Source: Trichlorobacter lovleyi SZ (GTDB taxonomy: Bacteria; Desulfobacterota; Desulfuromonadia; Geobacterales; Pseudopelobacteraceae). Taken from it: DNA of 32,000 bases. The stretch covers positions 3,810,001 through 3,842,000 of the forward strand of contig NC_010814.1 of the NCBI RefSeq assembly GCF_000020385.1, in the 5' to 3' direction. Numbering within the stretch: the first letter of the stretch is position 1; every line of letters begins with the position of its first letter. Below the pieces are notes generated by a model. The model had not been told where the DNA came from, ran no database searches, and saw only the letters and a list, made by a program, of their open reading frames with translations. A program made the position numbers and the translations under genes. Positions 24,414-32,000 of the stretch are shown piece after piece.

Positions 24414-24848
24414 CTACTGCATCCGCTTCCCTATCTCTTTAACCCGCGGGTTGTTGAGCAGCCGCAGAAAGGCGGGATGATTGACCAGCACGCTGTAATC
24501 ACCAGACTGCACCGCCCGTATGATATCAGGATTGCTTAATAATGCCTGCATCTCAGGGTCATTCTGCAGGGCGCGGATCTGCTCCATCACCCCTTGATCC
24601 TGCAGCATGCGCTCCTTTAAGGCGTCCACGCCGCTGAAGTCATTGTTGCCTTGCGAAGCTGTCGGTGGCGCAACAGCACTAGCTGGCGAGGTGCTGATCC
24701 CCAGCGCTTTTGCGCTCTTGCGGTAGCTGGCCGGAACCTCTAGCAGAGAGTCTGAAAAGTGTATTGTACCGGCGCTGTCAGTCCATTGGTAGGTTTCTGC
24801 ATGGGCGGCAGGAGCCAACAGCAATAAGAACAGAATCAGTTTTTTCAT
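24414..24848 (-). CDS. Secreted DUF4124-domain protein with a C-terminal STI1-like (NP/DP-repeat) region
   Basis: Signal peptide MKKLILFLLLLAPAAHA. ETYQWTDSAGTIHFSDS matches the DUF4124 consensus (YkWvDenGvvhfSD). The C-terminus NDPEMQALLSNPDIIRAVQSGDYSVLVNHPAFLRLLNNPRV resembles STI1/ubiquilin-type repeats. Confidence 0.7.
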   Translation of the reverse strand: MKKLILFLLLLAPAAHAETYQWTDSAGTIHFSDSLLEVPASYRKSAKALGISTSPASAVAPPTASQGNNDFSGVDALKERMLQDQGVMEQIRALQNDPEMQALLSNPDIIRAVQSGDYSVLVNHPAFLRLLNNPRVKEIGKRMQ

Positions 24849-25025
24849 GGGCTATCCTTTGGACGATCAGACGACGATAGTACCCTGTACCACATACGCT
24901 GCTGAAATCAATAAGCTCTTTCAGAACAGACGCACCTGCAATGCACATGAACACGTTGTTTTTACGCACCATGACTGCTGTCCGTGCTACTGTAGCCCAA
25001 CAACAGACCAAGGAGTATCTGCCAG

Positions 25026-25565
25026 ATGGCATTACCGGTAACCATATATAAGGCAAACATCCAGCTTTCCGATCTTGATCGCGGCATCTACGAAACCCTG
25101 CAGGCCACGCTGGCCCGTCACCCGTCTGAGACCGAGGAGCGTCTGGTGGGCAGGCTGCTGGCCTATGCCCTGCTGTATGAAGAGGGGCTTGTTTTTACTA
25201 AAGGGGTCTGTGAAGGAGATGAACCGGACCTCTGGTCAAAGGCGCCGGACGACCGGATCAGGTCATGGATTGAGGTGGGGCTGCCTGATCCCGAGCGTCT
25301 GTTGAAGGCCCGGCGGCATGCCGATCAGGTGACCCTGTTGGCCTTTGGCAGCAAACTGCCCGGTTGGGAACGCCAGCATCTGGACAAGCTGATCAACAGC
25401 AGCAATATTACGGTGATCATCCTGGAGCAGGAGTTTATCAACCAGCTGGTCAGCCGGCTTAAGCGTACTGTTTCCTGGTCCATCACCGTAACCGAAGGCA
25501 ACCTCTACCTGCAGGACGGCGCTGAGACCCTGGAAACCAGCCCCAAACGCTACGCGCAGGGCTAG
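25026..25565 (+). CDS. yaeQ: YaeQ-family protein (PD-(D/E)XK-like fold family)
   Basis: [49 protein letters not shown] aligns almost position for position with E. coli YaeQ ([22 protein letters not shown]...[21 protein letters not shown], from memory). The length (179 aa) matches. Confidence 0.9.
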   Translation: [179 protein letters not shown]

Positions 25566-25571
25566 CTGAGC

Positions 25572-25817
25572 ATGGAAGATGAGCAATACCGGCATGATGC
25601 AGCAGAAGAGGGGGTTGAGATCCCGCTGGAACGGATTGACCCGGCAATCCTGCAGGCCCTGCTGGCTGATTTTGTCAGCCGGGAGTGGTCTGAGCTGTCT
25701 GATGCCGGTTTTACCCAGGAGCAAAAGATTGAGCAGGTGCTGCAACAGTTGAAGAGCGGACAGGCGCGGATACTGTTTGATCTGACGTCAGGAAGCTGGA
25801 ATATCGTCCCGGTGTGA
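25572..25817 (+). CDS. yheU: YheU/UPF0270-family small protein
   Basis: IPLERIDPAILQALLADFVSREWSE...TQEQKIEQVLQQLKSGQARILFDLTSGSWNIVP parallels E. coli YheU ([61 protein letters not shown], from memory). The start lies 6 nt after the yaeQ stop. Confidence 0.8.
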   Translation: MEDEQYRHDAAEEGVEIPLERIDPAILQALLADFVSREWSELSDAGFTQEQKIEQVLQQLKSGQARILFDLTSGSWNIVPV

Positions 25818-25844
25818 CCCCCTCACCCGGCCTATGCAGTTGTT

Positions 25845-27203
25845 TTATAGCGTTATCCCGTGCAGATCCCGCTTGTGATAGCGCCAGGCAAAGGCCACGG
25901 CCCGCACGTACCAATCCACCAGAAACACCCCCCATACCGCATACAGTGACAGGTGCAGCACCGGTCCGGCGATCCAGGCCAGCAGCACCCGCACCCCCCA
26001 CATGGTCAGCAGCGTCACGATAAAGACGTAGAAGGTATCGCCCGCCCCCCGCAGAGAACCGGCATAGACAAAGGAGACCGCCAGCGGGATCTGGGCAAAG
26101 GCCACGATCCGCAGAAAGACCGCTCCCTGTCGGATCACCTCCGGGTCATGGGTGAAAATCATCACCAGATACTGCGGGATCAACAGAAAGATCAGCGCCA
26201 TGATCCCCATTACCACCAGGGCCAGCCGTAGCGCCTCCACATGGCTGACATGGGCGCGCTGGTACTTTCTGGCTCCCAGCGACTGCCCCATCAGGGTGGC
26301 GGCAGCGATCCCCATACCGGCACCGGGCATGAAGGAAAGCGATTCAATGGAAAGTCCGATCTGGTGGGCAGCGTAGGCGGTGGTGCCGTAGGCGATCACC
26401 ACGCTGGAGTAGACCAGCTGCCCGGATTGCTGGGCCACCCGTTCCAGGGCAACCGGCCAACCTACCTGCCAGATCCTGCTAAACAGCTCCCGATCAGGCA
26501 GCCCGATAGTCAGGTAGCCCCGCCGGAAGGCCTGCCAGAGCAGGTACGAACAACCGATGAATTCCGAGCAGTTAATGGCGATTGCCGCCCCTTTGACCCC
26601 CATGGCAGGCAGGCCGAACTTACCGTAGATCAGCGGCCAGGCCAGCAGGATATGCAGGATGTTGACCAGCAGAATCCCCTCCATCGGGGTGCGGGTGTTG
26701 CCCACGCCATGCATGATAGCCGAAAGGATGTTGACCCCGGTGGTCCAGATCAGCCAGAGAAAGACCAGCCGGATATACTCATGGGCCAGCTTTTGCACCT
26801 CCGGCGTGGCCCCCATCAGACGGGCCAGCTCACCACCGCCATAGGCCCCGATCAGCGAGACGATCGCGGTCAGCCCCAGACAGAACAGTACCGCTGTACC
26901 GGCAGCCCGCTTTGCCTCTTCATGTCGGCCCGCCCCGGTCAGATGGGCGATCACCACCGTGGTACCGGTGGAAAGCCCCCAGAAAATGGTCATGATCACA
27001 AATATCTGCAGTTGACCGAGCCCGGTGGCGGCAATGGCCGAGGCCCCCAGACCGCCGGTCAGAAAGATATCAACAATGGCAACCAGCCGTTGAAACAGGG
27101 ATGAGAGCAGCACCGGCAGCGACAGCCGGAAGACGTTGCAGCGGATTGAGGCAGGTTTGTTGCTGTCCAGACAGGGGAATATGCGATGCAGCAGGGCAGA
27201 CAT
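25845..27203 (-). CDS. MATE-family efflux transporter
   Basis: About 450 aa with a 12-TM-like profile. The N-terminal LSLPVLLSSLFQRLVAIVDIFLTGGLGASAIAATGL and the internal repeat-half motif (WQVGWPVALERVAQQSGQLVYSSVVIAYGTTAYAAHQIGL) are typical of MatE duplication. Confidence 0.85.
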   Translation of the reverse strand: MSALLHRIFPCLDSNKPASIRCNVFRLSLPVLLSSLFQRLVAIVDIFLTGGLGASAIAATGLGQLQIFVIMTIFWGLSTGTTVVIAHLTGAGRHEEAKRAAGTAVLFCLGLTAIVSLIGAYGGGELARLMGATPEVQKLAHEYIRLVFLWLIWTTGVNILSAIMHGVGNTRTPMEGILLVNILHILLAWPLIYGKFGLPAMGVKGAAIAINCSEFIGCSYLLWQAFRRGYLTIGLPDRELFSRIWQVGWPVALERVAQQSGQLVYSSVVIAYGTTAYAAHQIGLSIESLSFMPGAGMGIAAATLMGQSLGARKYQRAHVSHVEALRLALVVMGIMALIFLLIPQYLVMIFTHDPEVIRQGAVFLRIVAFAQIPLAVSFVYAGSLRGAGDTFYVFIVTLLTMWGVRVLLAWIAGPVLHLSLYAVWGVFLVDWYVRAVAFAWRYHKRDLHGITL

Positions 27204-27241
27204 GTTGGGAACTGTAGTCCCTGTTGGCAGGGGGCGTCAAC

Positions 27242-27272
27242 AAAAAGGGCAGGATCAGCTCGATCCCGCCCT
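27242..27272 (-). terminator. Rho-independent terminator of ppdK
   Basis: The minus-strand RNA reads AGGGCGGGAUC-GAGCU-GAUCCUGCCCU followed by UUUUU. The stem is 11 bp with one mismatch (27246-27256 pairing with 27262-27272) and the run lies at 27242-27246. It begins ~30 nt after the ppdK stop. Confidence 0.75.
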
Positions 27273-27302
27273 TTCTGGTTGCTCTGCATCAGACCATATC
27301 AG

Positions 27303-29981
<2,679 letters not shown>

Positions 29982-30101
29982 TGCGTCCTCCTTGATTAAA
30001 GATCAGTTTTACTGTCCGTGAAAAGGTTTTATTATTAGTATAATCAATAACTTATACAACATACCGAAATTTCAGCCAATTCTCAAGGTAAATTTTACCA
30101 G

Positions 30102-30131
30102 AAAAAAAGGAAGATGCAGCGCGCACCTCCC
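30102..30131 (-). terminator. Probable rho-independent terminator downstream of selB
   Basis: The minus-strand RNA reads GGGAGGUGC-GCGCU-GCAUCUUCC (9 pairs, including two G-U) followed by UUUUUUU (complement of 30102-30108). It lies ~170 nt after the selB stop and upstream of the AT-rich ppdK promoter region. Confidence 0.5.
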
Positions 30132-30299
30132 TTTTTTGTCCGGCTCCTGGGGGCAACAAGTATCCTGAACCCGCAGTTGACCACCAACAGACGCAAGGAT
30201 CACAAAGAATTTAAACCTGTTAGAACAGATTTGAGAGAAACCGGCCGGTATTCCGGGAACCATCTTCAACCGGTTGTTATTATTTTTATTTCTTTGCTT

Positions 30300-32000
30300 T
30301 TACCTGCCGCGCAGCACCCGCTTGTCCCCGATCCGTATGGTTATTTTGCGGCTGTCAAAATACTCCAGCAACGGAATCATGAACTTGCGAGACAGGCCGG
30401 TCAGCTCGCGGAACTCTGACGGAATAATCTCTGCCTTGGCCCTCAGATGCGAAATCAGCTTTTCTTCAATGGTTTTAAGCAAAGCGCTGTCGTAGAAGAT
30501 GTCACCCGAGACCCGCGTCACCCCTCCTTCGCGGGTCAGCAGGGCCAGGTGATCCCGCACCTCTTTTTCGGTGCTGCGCAGTGCCTCGGCCAGCTCCTTG
30601 ATGGTAGGTGGTTCAATCCCCCGTTCTGCCAACAGCCTGGCGATACCGGCGCCAAGCCCGGACAACGGCGCCGCCGCCTGTTTTCTGGCACCTGCAGGAC
30701 GGACCAGCTCCCGTTCGGCGGCCAGCTTGCCTTCCTTTTCCAGCTCTGCCAGCAGCGGGGCGAAGAAACGCTGGTCACTGCGCCTGGGTATCCGGGTCTT
30801 TAACTCTTCCTTGCTGATCCCCTCTTTAAGTGGATTGGCCGCAAGGTAGCCCGACAGCTCATCCAACAGCAGCTGCTTCAGGCCGTGAACCGCAGACCTG
30901 GACAGAAAGACCCGCGGTTCACGAGTCATCTGCACAATCTCGCCAGCCGCCAACAATCCCTGTAAGGCAGTCTCAGCCTGCTTACGGGCAATACCGGAAC
31001 GCAACACGATCTCATCAAACGAGACGCCGGACAGCAGGGCCTGGGACACGATCAAATTGCAGGTTTTCTGATGTTCTGCCGCATCCAGCGACACCAGCAA
31101 CCGCAGGGCATCGTCACTGCGCCGCCGCCGGGCCGGAGGAAACGGGTCAAGCACGATGCCGCCACCGATAGTGACCGAGGGTGAAGTGGCCCGGATCAGG
31201 TAGGGATCTCCTGACACCAGCAACAGCGGTTGATCCAGCCGTAACTGGGCATAGCCGCTCTGGCCCGGCGGCAGTGCATCATGTTCCAGCAGGATGATCT
31301 GGGCCGTAACCTCTGAGGTGCCTGAATGGAAGCGAACCGTGGTGCGATGCCGCAGATCCCGCGGAGCCGAGGCCAGATGATCCAGCCGCACATCCACCCG
31401 ACGGCTGGTGCGGAAGATCCCAGTTGGGACCACTACATCACCCCGATGGGCCTGATCCAGATCGATCCCCTGCAGGTTTACGGCCAGTCGCTGACCGGCC
31501 TGGCCGATGTCGGTCTTTGCACCATGGGCCTGAATCCCCCGCACCCGGCCCGGAATCCTGTCGGGCAGCAGTTCCAGTTCGTCACCCAGCTTGATCTCAC
31601 CGGCCAGCAGCGTGCCGGTAACCACGGTGCCAAAACCAGCCACCGTAAAGACCCGATCAACCGGCAGCCGGAAGGCGCCATCCCGTTTCTTCTCTGCCGT
31701 CCCTTCAGCCAGCCGGACCAGTTCTGCCTTCAGATCATCCAGACCGGCACCGGTTTTGGAGGAAACCGGAATGATCGGGGCGGTCTCAAGAAAGGTACCG
31801 GCCACAAACTCCCGCACCTCTTCCTGCACCAGCGGCAGCCAGTCCGGCTCCACCATATCTGACTTGGTCAACGCCACCAGACCGCTATGCACCCCCAACA
31901 GACGCAGGATATCCAGGTGTTCACGGGTCTGGGGCATAATCCCCTCATCCGCCGCAATCACCAGCATCACCAGATCCATACCGGCCACACCGGCCACCAT
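30300..32000 (-). CDS. selB: Selenocysteine-specific translation elongation factor SelB; N-terminal ~70 aa lie beyond the window
   Basis: The frame is open to the window edge. GVAGMDLVMLVIAADEGIMPQTREHLDILRLLGVHSGLVALTKSDMV matches the SelB G-domain G3/G4 region (NKxD replaced by TKSD, as in SelB). Domains II-III follow, then a long C-terminal winged-helix extension (…FRELTGLSRKFMIPLLEYFDSRKITIRIGDKRVL) typical of bacterial SelB SECIS-binding WH domains. Confidence 0.92.
   Translation of the reverse strand: MVAGVAGMDLVMLVIAADEGIMPQTREHLDILRLLGVHSGLVALTKSDMVEPDWLPLVQEEVREFVAGTFLETAPIIPVSSKTGAGLDDLKAELVRLAEGTAEKKRDGAFRLPVDRVFTVAGFGTVVTGTLLAGEIKLGDELELLPDRIPGRVRGIQAHGAKTDIGQAGQRLAVNLQGIDLDQAHRGDVVVPTGIFRTSRRVDVRLDHLASAPRDLRHRTTVRFHSGTSEVTAQIILLEHDALPPGQSGYAQLRLDQPLLLVSGDPYLIRATSPSVTIGGGIVLDPFPPARRRRSDDALRLLVSLDAAEHQKTCNLIVSQALLSGVSFDEIVLRSGIARKQAETALQGLLAAGEIVQMTREPRVFLSRSAVHGLKQLLLDELSGYLAANPLKEGISKEELKTRIPRRSDQRFFAPLLAELEKEGKLAAERELVRPAGARKQAAAPLSGLGAGIARLLAERGIEPPTIKELAEALRSTEKEVRDHLALLTREGGVTRVSGDIFYDSALLKTIEEKLISHLRAKAEIIPSEFRELTGLSRKFMIPLLEYFDSRKITIRIGDKRVLRGR

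Noticed and set aside
30051-30079. TTGGCT-N17-TATAAG (minus strand) as the ppdK promoter
   Set aside because: The region is AT-rich and offers several equally plausible -35/-10 pairings. Without TSS data I cannot support one specific call.
30132-30299. Possible tRNA-Sec (selC) downstream of selB
   Set aside because: I read both strands for a long acceptor stem, a T-loop (GTTCRANYC) and a UCA anticodon loop and found none.

Overview
GC-rich (judged by eye) chromosomal segment whose gene content resembles a Desulfuromonadota/Geobacter-like anaerobe: c7-type triheme cytochrome, flavocytochrome-c-type reductase, PpdK, SelB. I call 28 protein-coding genes, one cobalamin riboswitch, four intrinsic terminators and a few repeats or operator candidates. 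I recognised no rRNA, tRNA, CRISPR array, transposase or integrase. Layout: (i) 1-7.3 kb holds a flavocytochrome-c-type flavoprotein (5' end outside the window), an MFS exporter, and a GAF-less LytS-type kinase with a LytTR regulator. These are followed by a compact + strand module: an FMN-dependent alpha-hydroxy-acid dehydrogenase with a Tat signal, a triheme cytochrome c7 fused to a PstS-like binding domain, and an adjacent tatA. (ii) 7.4-13.2 kb holds Skp/OmpH, an MCP with no periplasmic sensor domain, a cytoplasmic molybdopterin oxidoreductase, hldD, and a secreted protein made of three ~57-aa tandem repeats. (iii) 13.3-22.8 kb is a cobamide block. On the minus strand lie a pseudo-receiver/GAF protein, a fused cobD::cobQ and cbiB. 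Divergent from them is an unusually long cobalamin riboswitch followed by btuB-btuF-btuC-btuD. (iv) 22.9-25.8 kb is a visibly AT-richer patch: a Ser-rich hypothetical protein, an NYN/PIN-like predicted RNase, a perfect 14-bp-arm palindrome, a DUF4124/STI1-like secreted protein, and yaeQ-yheU. (v) 25.8-32 kb holds a MATE exporter, ppdK and selB (5' end outside the window). The best candidate for something undescribed is the Tat-flavoenzyme / c7-PBP fusion / tatA module next to LytS-LytTR. Secondary candidates are the pseudo-receiver heading the cobamide operon, the oversized riboswitch, the repeat protein and the AT-rich NYN islet. All functional calls rest on motif recognition by eye; no database search was run.
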